NCBI GenBank assembly: GCA_013265495.1
Contig: MU058718.1
Location: forward strand, 4,423,648 to 4,487,647
Reading direction: 5' to 3'
Length of the DNA: 64,000 nucleotides
Source of the DNA: Vicugna vicugna
Taxonomy: Eukaryota
Shown here piece by piece: positions 27,001 through 34,850 of this stretch (the stretch's first letter is position 1; every line of letters begins with the position of its first letter). Both the position numbers and the translations under genes were made by a program. The notes below the pieces were generated by a model. The model saw only the letters and a list, made by a program, of their open reading frames with translations, was not told the origin of the DNA and searched no databases.

Positions 27001-30000
27001 TGTATTAACATTAATTGTATTATGGAAATAAAACAGTTTATATGATTAAGCCTTAAGAGAAAAGCGTATCATCTGTAAACATGCTAAAACACTGTGCTTC
27101 TCCTCCAAATTTTGGAAAAAAACTACTCACAACTTTTAAATGGTTCCTAGTTGCAACACTACATTGTATGAATCTGAGTAATGTGGAAAGGATATGAAAG
27201 AACTAGGAGCAAAAGAATATTCTGGCACCAATTAAAATTTACCACTTACTTTTTTCAGCATTGCTGCTCTTACTTCCAGAGGTAGGGTTATTTTCAGATA
27301 CAATGTCCTTTAGAATATGTTTAACAATAGAGTAGTAAGTAATTTAGACAGACATATGCGGGCTATTCAAGTTTTAGGATATACGTTTGCCAATATTAAC
27401 ACACACTGTATTAATGAAGAGGAAAATTGTGCTTGAAACATACAATCTGGAATCATCTGACCATTGTTCTTAACTACTGACTACTGGATTACTTCCATAT
27501 TCCAGTGTCTGTTAGCTGTTCAGAAGGATCTGAATATAACAAATGTTGAAAGGATTCTACGTTTTTCTCATGATCTGCCATGTCTTCTTTTCTGCCTCCC
27601 ACTCTCCCTTCCCTTCCACTCATGCCTTAGACATATTTTAAGTGCTGACAATCCCTGGAATTTAAAAACTAGTAGACTTGATCTAAATCTGTGTGGTACT
27701 TGCTGGGGTAGTTCTTACAGCATTTACTCTTTGGATCAATCAGTAGTAGGCAAATAAGTATTTCTATTCACTATCAGCTAGAGACCTGGAATCTTATCAG
27801 TCACACAATTTTTTTCAAGATTAAAATTAGGTAAAAAATTCATACATTTCAGTTATGGGCCCAAAAGAAATCTATACTGTCACCAGATACATTACAGAGA
27901 ACTATTTTAAGTGAGATTTTCTTTCATTTAACTTTTACAATATTAAGAATCAATGTAGCATATGACGTTTGACACCTTTACATCTTGAAGCGGCAGAGCT
28001 CAAAAACAATCAAAACATTTCTTCTGCATAAACCATCATTATATCGAGACTACTTTTTCGTTCGGACCAAGTGGTGGAAACATTAGACCTTCAGAAAGCA
28101 TAGTCACCTACTTAATGCTAGTTGATCCTAGAAAAAGTAGCCTTTGGAAATCCAATATACCTAGTGGAATCCGCTGCCCTTGAGGTAAAAATGATCGTTA
28201 AAATCATTTACTCTTGGTGATTCATCTTCCTTATTTTTAAAATGGGGCTATTACTTACCTTACAAGATAACGGTAAGGATTATACAAGATTAGGGTTATG
28301 AGATTTCCTAGCACATGCCACGTATAGTAGGCACTCAAATGTGAGTTCTAATTTTCCCATCCTGATACTTAATCAAATTAAAAATAAACACACAAACAAA
28401 ACAACAAAAACCAACTTGGATATGAGAATCATTTAACATATATAGTATGCACTTTATTTCAGTGAGCGATTGAGTCATGTTACATCTGTCACGTAATAGT
28501 ATCGAGTCAGTCAGAAAAATGTACGTTCTACCTCCAGTAGAACTCCAGATGGCTCGCTTTAAAAAAAAAAAATCTGTAAACCAAAGGGGTTGTCATATAT
28601 TCCTGAACTGTTTTCCATCTTTAAAATCTTTGATTTTATTATCCTATGATTATAGAAACAAAACATATATATTCAAACCTCCACTGTCATATAAGAATTT
28701 TCAAGCATCATACTCTTAAGTATATTGTTGTCAATATACGTCTGTTCTGAGACTCGAAAAAAAATTCGTCATTACCCATTGGTAAAGGAAGGCCACTAAA
28801 ATTTACTTAGAAATTCTTAAATGCTTCAGTGTTCCCGATATTTCGGAACTCGCCGCGGGAATAAGGAAATATTTACAAAATAATACAGCACGGCGTCCTC
28901 GATGGGCTTTTAAGTCTGCGCAAGCACTGAAAAACGATCATCAGTCGCGCAGTAACTGACTTAGGGCTGGGCCAGCGGGGTTGTCGGCCAGCCGCGAGGA
29001 GAGGGCGACTGGAGAGTGGGAAGAGCCCCGGCGCGGGGCTTAGAAGGCTTTCCCAGCGGAAGCAGCCGCGGGGCGGCGTCAAGCCCTGGCGCGGCGGGCA
29101 GAGCGGCCGACGGCGGAGGGGCGGGGCGCGGGGGGCGCCGGGCGCGCCGTGCCGCCCCGGGCCCGGCCCCCGCCTCGGGGCCGAGTGTGGGCGGGCGCTG
29201 GGCAGCCGCTCGGCCTCGGCGCGAGTCCGCCCCGTCCCGCCTCTTCCCCTTACCACGTAGCCCCCCCATTACAGTATCATAGTATGTTTTAATATCCAGT
29301 ACTGTAAGTCTCCAAATCTTCTCATTTTCTAAATTGATTCTTCTTCCCTTTAAGTCATTATTAAAACAGAAATACACAGTTAAGCAGACTTGTGCAGATA
29401 CTTTCTATAAGGAAAACTTAAGGGCAAAATGTATTAACATTAATTGTATTATGGAAATAAAACAGTTTATATGATTAAGCCTTAAGAGAAAAGCGTATCA
29501 TCTGTAAACATGCTAAAACACTGTGCTTCTCCTCCAAATTTTGGAAAAAAACTACTCACAACTTTTAAATGGTTCCTAGTTGCAACACTACATTGTATGA
29601 ATCTGAGTAATGTGGAAAGGATATGAAAGAACTAGGAGCAAAAGAATATTCTGGCACCAATTAAAATTTACCACTTACTTTTTTCAGCATTGCTGCTCTT
29701 ACTTCCAGAGGTAGGGTTATTTTCAGATACAATGTCCTTTAGAATATGTTTAACAATAGAGTAGTAAGTAATTTAGACAGACATATGTGGGCTATTCAAG
29801 TTTTAGGATATACGTTTGCCAATATTAACACACACTGTATTAATGAAGAGGAAAATTGTGCTTGAAACATACAATCTGGAATCATCTGACCATTGTTCTT
29901 AACTACTGACTACTGGATTACTTCCATATTCCAGTGTCTGTTAGCTGTTCAGAAGGATCTGAATATAACAAATGTTGAAAGGATTCTACGTTTTTCTCAT

Positions 30001-31782
30001 GATCTGCCATGTCTTCTTTTCTGCCTCCCACTCTCCCTTCCCTTCCACTCATGCCTTAGACATATTTTAAGTGCTGACAATCCCTGGAATTTAAAAACTA
30101 GTAGACTTGATCTAAATCTGTGTGGTACTTGCTGGGGTAGTTCTTACAGCATTTACTCTTTGGATCAATCAGTAGTAGGCAAATAAGTATTTCTATTCAC
30201 TATCAGCTAGAGACCTGGAATCTTATCAGTCACACAATTTTTTTCAAGATTAAAATTAGGTAAAAAATTCATACATTTCAGTTATGGGCCCAAAAGAAAT
30301 CTATACTGTCACCAGATACATTACAGAGAACTATTTTAAGTGAGATTTTCTTTCATTTAACTTTTACAATATTAAGAATCAATGTAGCATATGACGTTTG
30401 ACACCTTTACATCTTGAAGCGGCAGAGCTCAAAAACAATCAAAACATTTCTTCTGCATAAACCATCATTATATCGAGACTACTTTTTCGTTCGGACCAAG
30501 TGGTGGAAACATTAGACCTTCAGAAAGCATAGTCACCTACTTAATGCTAGTTGATCCTAGAAAAAGTAGCCTTTGGAAATCCAATATACCTAGTGGAATC
30601 CGCTGCCCTTGAGGTAAAAATGATCGTTAAAATCATTTACTCTTGGTGATTCATCTTCCTTATTTTTAAAATGGGGCTATTACTTACCTTACAAGATAAC
30701 GGTAAGGATTATACAAGATTAGGGTTATGAGATTTCCTAGCACATGCCACGTATAGTAGGCACTCAAATGTGAGTTCTAATTTTCCCATCCTGATACTTA
30801 ATCAAATTAAAAATAAACACACAAACAAAACAACAAAAACCAACTTGGATATGAGAATCATTTAACATATATAGTATGCACTTTATTTCAGTGAGCGATT
30901 GAGTCATGTTACATCTGTCACGTAATAGTATCGAGTCAGTCAGAAAAATGTACGTTCTACCTCCAGTAGAACTCCAGATGGCTCGCTTTAAAAAAAAAAA
31001 ATCTGTAAACCAAAGGGGTTGTCATATATTCCTGAACTGTTTTCCATCTTTAGAATCTTTGATTTTATTATCCTATGATTATAGAAACAAAACAAATATA
31101 TATATTCAAACCTCCACTGTCATATAAGAATTTTCAAGCATCATACTCTTAAGTATATTGTTGTCAATATACGTCTGTTCTGAGACTCGAAAAAAAATTC
31201 GTCATTACCCATTGGTAAAGGAAGGCCACTAAAATTTACTTAGAAATTCTTAAATGCTTCAGTGTTCCCGATATTTCGGAACTCGCCGCGGGAATAAGGA
31301 AATATTTACAAAATAATACAGCACGGCGTCCTCGATGGGCTTTTAAGTCTGCGCAAGCACTGAAAAACGATCATCAGTCGCGCAGTAACTGACTTAGGGC
31401 TGGGCCAGCGGGGTTGTCGGCCAGCCGCGAGGAGAGGGCGACTGGAGAGTGGGAAGAGCCCCGGCGCGGGGCTTAGAAGGCTTTCCCAGCGGAAGCAGCC
31501 GCGGGGCGGCGTCAAGCCCTGGCGCGGCGGGCAGAGCGGCCGACGGCGGAGGGGCGGGGCGCGGGGGGCGCCGGGCGCGCCGTGCCGCCCCGGGCCCGGC
31601 CCCCGCCTCGGGGCCGAGTGTGGGCGGGCGCTGGGCAGCCGCTCGGCCTCGGCGCGAGTCCGCCCCGTCCCGCCTCTTCCCCTTACCACGTAGCCCCCCC
31701 ACACGTAGAGGAAGTTTCCGTCCACCACGGCGCAGTGGCCGCTGCGCTCCTCGGCCACGCAGAACAGCTGCGAGTCCGCCAT
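9..31782 (-). CDS. KLHDC1: KLHDC1 kelch domain-containing protein 1, coding exons 1-10 (896 nt; gene continues beyond position 1)
   Basis: Ten exons with GT-AG boundaries join in frame (96+71+118+119+79+84+84+59+113+73 nt) into [42 protein letters not shown]...; kelch-repeat GG/W motifs; lies head-to-head with POLE2 as in other mammals. Confidence 0.96.
420..505 (+). repeat. Four degenerate tandem copies of a ~21-22-bp unit (ACCACAATGCCATTGTCACATA)
   Basis: Units start near 420, 441, 463 and 485. Confidence 0.7.
724..784 (-). mobile_element. Very short L1 3' end with TSD ATGTTAGTTTTT
   Basis: L1 3' UTR terminus; direct repeats at 712-723 and 785-796. Confidence 0.7.
1500..1695 (-). mobile_element. 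5'-truncated L1 3' end
   Basis: T-rich tail followed by AATTGAAGCATAGTTGATTTACAATGTTGTGTTAGTTTCTGGTGTAC, typical of a cetartiodactyl L1 3' UTR. Confidence 0.8.
1841..1953 (-). CDS. KLHDC1: KLHDC1 exon 9 ([37 protein letters not shown])
   Basis: CCACAG| acceptor, |GTAAGT donor, 113 nt. Confidence 0.95.
2461..2640 (+). mobile_element. tRNA-derived SINE (vic-1-like, camelid)
   Basis: A-box TAGCTCAGCGG, B-box-like GCTTCAATCC, CCTAATTACCTCCCC tail motif, A-rich end. Confidence 0.85.
2936..3091 (+). mobile_element. tRNA-derived SINE (vic-1-like), young copy
   Basis: A/B boxes, 34-A tail, perfect 14-bp TSD AAGAACCATTGTAG (2921-2934 and 3092-3105). Confidence 0.9.
3230..4040 (-). mobile_element. 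Old L1 (ORF2 3' region) fragment
   Basis: Degenerate L1 motifs (GCAATAAACATCTTTG, TGCCAGATTACTTTCC, AATTTATACTCCCAC). Confidence 0.65.
4229..4333 (-). mobile_element. tRNA-derived SINE (vic-1-like, short form)
   Basis: Reverse complement reads CTCAGTGGTAGA...GAGGTCCTGGGTTCAATCCCCAG followed by an A tail. Confidence 0.85.
4812..4955 (+). mobile_element. tRNA-derived SINE (vic-1-like)
   Basis: A/B boxes, CCTAATTACCTCCCC, TSD AGAAATGCCT. Confidence 0.85.
4999..5057 (-). CDS. KLHDC1: KLHDC1 exon 8 ([20 protein letters not shown])
   Basis: TTTTTAG| acceptor, |GTAAGT donor, 59 nt. Confidence 0.95.
5529..5612 (-). CDS. KLHDC1: KLHDC1 exon 7 ([28 protein letters not shown])
   Basis: TTGCAG| acceptor, |GTTAGT donor, 84 nt, kelch motif. 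Confidence 0.95.
8650..8733 (-). CDS. KLHDC1: KLHDC1 exon 6 ([28 protein letters not shown])
   Basis: TTTTAG| acceptor, |GTAAGT donor, 84 nt. Confidence 0.95.
10259..10337 (-). CDS. KLHDC1: KLHDC1 exon 5 ([26 protein letters not shown])
   Basis: TTTCAG| acceptor, |GTAAGA donor, 79 nt. Confidence 0.95.
10345..15520 (+). mobile_element. Composite L1 block (old L1 5'/ORF1/ORF2 pieces, plus L1 3' ends at about 12925-13975 and 14100-14945), antisense to KLHDC1
   Basis: A-rich strand bias; L1 ORF2 motifs (CCCAGGACCAGATGGCTTCA, GACCCAGCAATT, CATCAACAGATGAATGGATAAAG). Confidence 0.85.
15528..15990 (+). mobile_element. MaLR LTR (MLT1-like)
   Basis: Starts TGTTATGGATTGAAT; ends CCTCCAGAACCATGAG...ATTTCTGTTGTTTAAG...CAGCAGCCCTAGCAAAC. 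Confidence 0.8.
16432..16603. mobile_element. MER5-like hAT DNA transposon relic
   Basis: GAATCACCC...AATTTAATTAGTCTGGG...CCCCAGATTATTCC...TTGGGAACCACTG. Confidence 0.65.
16994..17112 (-). CDS. KLHDC1: KLHDC1 exon 4 ([40 protein letters not shown])
   Basis: TTTTAAAAG| acceptor, |GTAATG donor, 119 nt. Confidence 0.93.
17550..17667 (-). CDS. KLHDC1: KLHDC1 exon 3 ([39 protein letters not shown])
   Basis: CTGCAG| acceptor, |GTAATT donor, 118 nt; lies within ORF 17466..17705. Confidence 0.95.
18142..18212 (-). CDS. KLHDC1: KLHDC1 exon 2 ([24 protein letters not shown])
   Basis: TTTTTAG| acceptor, |GTAAGT donor, 71 nt, frame continuous. Confidence 0.95.
19015..19143 (+). mobile_element. tRNA-derived SINE (vic-1-like)
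   Basis: GGGGAGGGTGTAGTTCAGTGGTAGA...GGGTTCAATCCCCAGTACC...CTAATTACCTCCCCC. Confidence 0.87.
19500..20450. mobile_element. L2 fragments
   Basis: CTTGGAATGCTCTCCC and CTAGCATAGTG...ATTTGTGGATTGAGTGAGTGAATG L2-like 3' end. Confidence 0.6.
20455..25530 (+). mobile_element. Old degraded L1 with a nested L1 3' end (about 23200-23750)
   Basis: ORF1/ORF2 remnants (GGCCCAGATGGCTGTACAG, CAATCCCTCTGAGATTAGAAGCAAGG, GGATCCCTACCT). Confidence 0.8.
26150..26930 (-). mobile_element. Old L1 ORF2 fragment; contains the left breakpoint of the tandem duplication
   Basis: Minus strand translates [15 protein letters not shown], resembling L1 ORF2 ...TLPDFKLYYKATVIK. Confidence 0.6.
26839..31700. repeat. Direct tandem duplication: copy A 26839-29267 (2429 bp), copy B 29268-31700 (2433 bp)
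   Basis: Identical ORFs at 27464 and 29893 (offset 2429); I saw only 2 SNVs and one 4-bp indel between the copies. Confidence 0.97.
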
Positions 31783-32035
31783 CCGCGCCGTCGCTGGGCC
31801 CGGCCGCTGGGCGCGCCGCAGCCCCTGCCCACGGAGCGGCCTCTCCTCCCGCCCGGCTCCTCCACGCACGAACGGAACGCGTCGAGGGTCGAGATTGGTG
31901 GGAAGGCGGCACCAGTGCGGCTGCGCCGTCCCGAAGCCCGCCCGGGAAGTCGGCCCCTGGCGGGGTTGCCAGCTAGGGATGCTTGAGGTCTGCGTGGGGA
32001 GGGAGGTGCCCTGGCTTCTCCGGAACTGCAACCCG
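31280..32035 (-). promoter_or_regulatory. KLHDC1 CpG island / promoter, with CCAAT box (ATTGG at 31894-31898)
   Basis: Dense CpG and GC boxes around exon 1; CCAAT on the gene strand about 110 bp upstream of the ATG. Confidence 0.8.
31687..31782 (-). CDS. KLHDC1: KLHDC1 coding exon 1 ([32 protein letters not shown])
   Basis: ATG at 31782-31780 in a CpG island; donor GTG|GTAAGG at 31686. Confidence 0.95.
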
Positions 32036-32261
32036 CTGATTTCATGGCATTTGGGACTGTGTTGTGTGGGCAGCACAACCTCACTGTGTATCTTATCCAC
32101 TGGCTCAGTGGGCTTCTGGTCCGTGGGCTTGATGCTGCTGTGACTTAAATGAATATATTGATAACATTAATGCTTTGTGAAGAAAATGCCTCTTCTATTC
32201 AAACTCCAACAGAGATAGTTCTCCATAAGGAGAGGGGGAATTAGGAATTTTCTAAAACGTA

Positions 32262-32597
32262 TGCCATCAAACTACAGCCTGGAGGCCAAATCTTTCCACT
32301 ACCTGTTTCTGTAGGATTCAAAAGCTAAGAACAGTTTTACATTTTGAATGGTTGAAAAAATTAAAAGAAGAGTGATATTTCGTCGCTCATGAAAATCGAC
32401 TCCAGATTTCAGCATTTATACCTGAAGTTTTATTGGCACGCAGCCACCCTAATTCATTTAATTATTGTCTGTGTCTGCTTATGAAAGCCACAGAGTTGAG
32501 TAGGCAGAGCTGGGTAGCTGCAACAAAGGTCACATAGTCCCACTGCCGAAACTATTTACTGTCTAGCCTCTTACACAAAAAGCTGGCTGACTTCTGT
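32262..32597. mobile_element. MER58-like hAT DNA transposon relic
   Basis: CAAACTACAGCC...GCCAAATC start; ACTATTTACTGTCTAGCCTCTTACACAAAAAG...GACTTCTG end. Confidence 0.7.
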
Positions 32598-33585
32598 ATA
32601 AAATGATGTTACTGAAGTAAAACTAGGGCCAAGAGAGACGAAAATAATTATACCAGTGTCTATAAATGCGCCTGTCCAGAGTTATCCTTAGAAGAGAATG
32701 TGGTGGCCTACCACTCAGAACAAGTTAATTTATTAATTTATTCGGTATACATTTATTAAGTGCCTGCTTGCTGTAGATAGTACTGAGGCTCTGTTAGACA
32801 TTCTCTGGAAGAATTAAGTATTATTGACTCCCTAGAGCCTGGTAGTGATAGACACTAAATAAATACTAAATATGTAGATACTAAATAAATATCTGTTGTC
32901 TAAACGAATAAACAAAGTGAATTTTAAGATAAGTAAGACATAGTTCTACCACAGGGCCTTCAAAGTCCAGTCAGAGGGAAAGACAGGTAAAGAAATACAA
33001 GCAGTGTGGGATGAAAAGTGGCATAGTAGAAATGTAGATGAAATACAGCAGAAAAGGACAAAGGAAATATGTGCTCTATTGGGCATGTAGGTGCACAAAG
33101 GGAGTTCTGTTTATTTTTAAACAAGTTGTGTAAGTAGTTCCATATGACTGTAGAATGCTTATAGGGAGCAGCCAAAGATAAAACTGGAATAGTCAATCTT
33201 GAAGCCCAATAGTCCTCTCATGCTAAGGAGTCTGAACTTTAACTGTAAGGCCAAAGAGTCTTAGGCAGGGAAGTAAATAATGTAACTTGATTGTTAGAAT
33301 ATTGACTTTGGATTGGCGGTGGAGGGTGGGGATGGTCAGGAGTAAAGGCTGGAAGGTAGACGGCACAAAGGACAGCTCTGGTGCAAAGGCGGGGCTCATA
33401 ACCTGAAGTAGCAGCAGTAGTTGTCATCGTTGTTATTAACATATGGAACCTGGTGGCCTTTTGTCCCAGAAACTCCCTTTCTACCTCCAATGGAATGCCG
33501 AAACCCTCTCCAAGATTTCTGTGAGTTCCTGGAAGGCTTATAATCAATCTCATAGTCACCTCTGGCTTTAAACTCCTATTGCTAC

Positions 33586-33828
33586 TGTTACCGAAGGCAA
33601 GTTTGTGTGCCTGCCGCACCATGAGGCCAAAACAAACCGAAACGTCAGAATTTGGAGCAAAAAAAGTTTATTGCAGGACCGAGCAAGGAGTTGAGGGTTT
33701 TCTTGGGCATGAACCACCCCGTCCTCCTTGCTCGGCCTTGCAATAAACCTTCCTCTGCTCCAGACTCTGACCTTTCAGTTTGTTTGGCCTCAAGGTGCGG
33801 CAGGCACATGAACTTGCCTTTGATTATA
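33586..33828. mobile_element. Palindromic LTR-derived element (two ~105-bp inverted arms, 33-bp spacer, CTAC target-site duplication)
   Basis: 33586-33690 is about 83% identical to the reverse complement of 33724-33828; CTAC at 33582-33585 and 33829-33832; left end TGTTA; AATAAA in each arm. Confidence 0.8.
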
Positions 33829-34019
33829 CTACCGGAATAATTACATTCACAGCTTTATTGATCTCCCCACGGAGTTTGCTATTTCGCTAAGATCTGAAGC
33901 CCGCAACTTAAATAAAAAGCAGGGTAGGTGAGAATAATGGTGATGTGTAGCAGCTTCAAGTGAATGTCGGGGAAACCCTGTGGTGGAACAGGGCAATTGC
34001 AGGGCCTTTGTGAATATAA

Positions 34020-34850
34020 GTACTCGAGGGCCCCGTGCTCCGGGAGGAGCCAGATCCGAGTCTCGGAAGGTGGAGGGTACCGATGAGAGCGCTGAGGGGC
34101 TCAATGAAGCACTCGGGAGAGGGAAACACATTCACAGTCAGGAACCAAGGAAGCAAGCTCTCGCTCGTCAGTATCTGAGCGACTGAGCACGGCAGGGTGG
34201 TCTTCCTATAGGGTGCGGGGATGCAGCACGCCAGGTACGCGGAGCCACCGGGCTCTCCGAGCAATGAGCGGAGGACCAGAGAACTGCGCGCCCGGGGAGG
34301 GGCCGGGGCGGGGCGCTCCCGGGAAGAGGCGGAGCCGCGGCCGTGGCGCCAAAACGCGAACATGGCGCCGGAAAGATTGCGGAGCCGGGTGCTGTCCGCC
34401 TTCAAGCTGCGCGGCTTGCTGCTCCGGGGGTGAGTCGGCCGCGCAGCTTGCGGGGCGGGAGGGGAGAGCCAGGGTCAGGCCGCCGTGCGGGGCAGCGGGG
34501 CGCGCCGAGAGGGAGTTTGGCCTTAAAATAAGAGAGCCCCTGAAAGAGTTCTAAGAAGCGAAGAGGATCTGGCGCGGTGGGCAGGCTGCGGTGCCTTCTT
34601 AGGTCTCCCCGACGTTCGGGCAGAGTTGAAAAGTTGCTCCGGGACGGGAGGAGGCTCCCCTCCTGCAGGTGCCAAACAGCCGGAGAAGCGGCGATCGGTG
34701 TGGCAGCAGCGGTGAGTTGGCGCTGTGCTCGGACACCTCTCAGCCCCCTTCGTCTCTGCCTCTGCCAAATGGGAACTAACAGCGCAACTCCACGTAGTTA
34801 CTGAGACAGCGAATGAGAGACCTGGGAAAGCCCACTGCCACGTCGGTAGC
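34020..34850 (+). promoter_or_regulatory. POLE2 CpG island / promoter, with GC box (34306-34315), E2F-type site TGGCGCCAAAA (34344-34354) and YY1-like AACATGGCG over the ATG
   Basis: CpG-rich; motifs read directly; E2F control is expected for a replication gene. Confidence 0.75.
34362..34429 (+). CDS. POLE2: POLE2 coding exon 1
   Basis: AACATGG Kozak context; donor GG|GTGAGT; 68 nt. Confidence 0.96.

Noticed and set aside
27464..31127. Duplicated ORFs 27464/29893 and 28477/30906 as paralogous small genes
   Set aside because: Their identity is explained by the tandem duplication; I see no recognisable domain or exon structure.
28873..32143. Long Arg/Gly/Pro/Ala-rich ORFs (88-264 aa) on both strands as novel proteins
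   Set aside because: Stop codons are scarce in CpG-island DNA. Only the 96-nt KLHDC1 exon is supported by splice sites and homology, and the 264-aa ORF starts at a GTG upstream of the probable promoter.
33956..34804. Overlapping ORFs in the POLE2 CpG island
   Set aside because: GC-content artefacts; only POLE2 exon 1 is supported.
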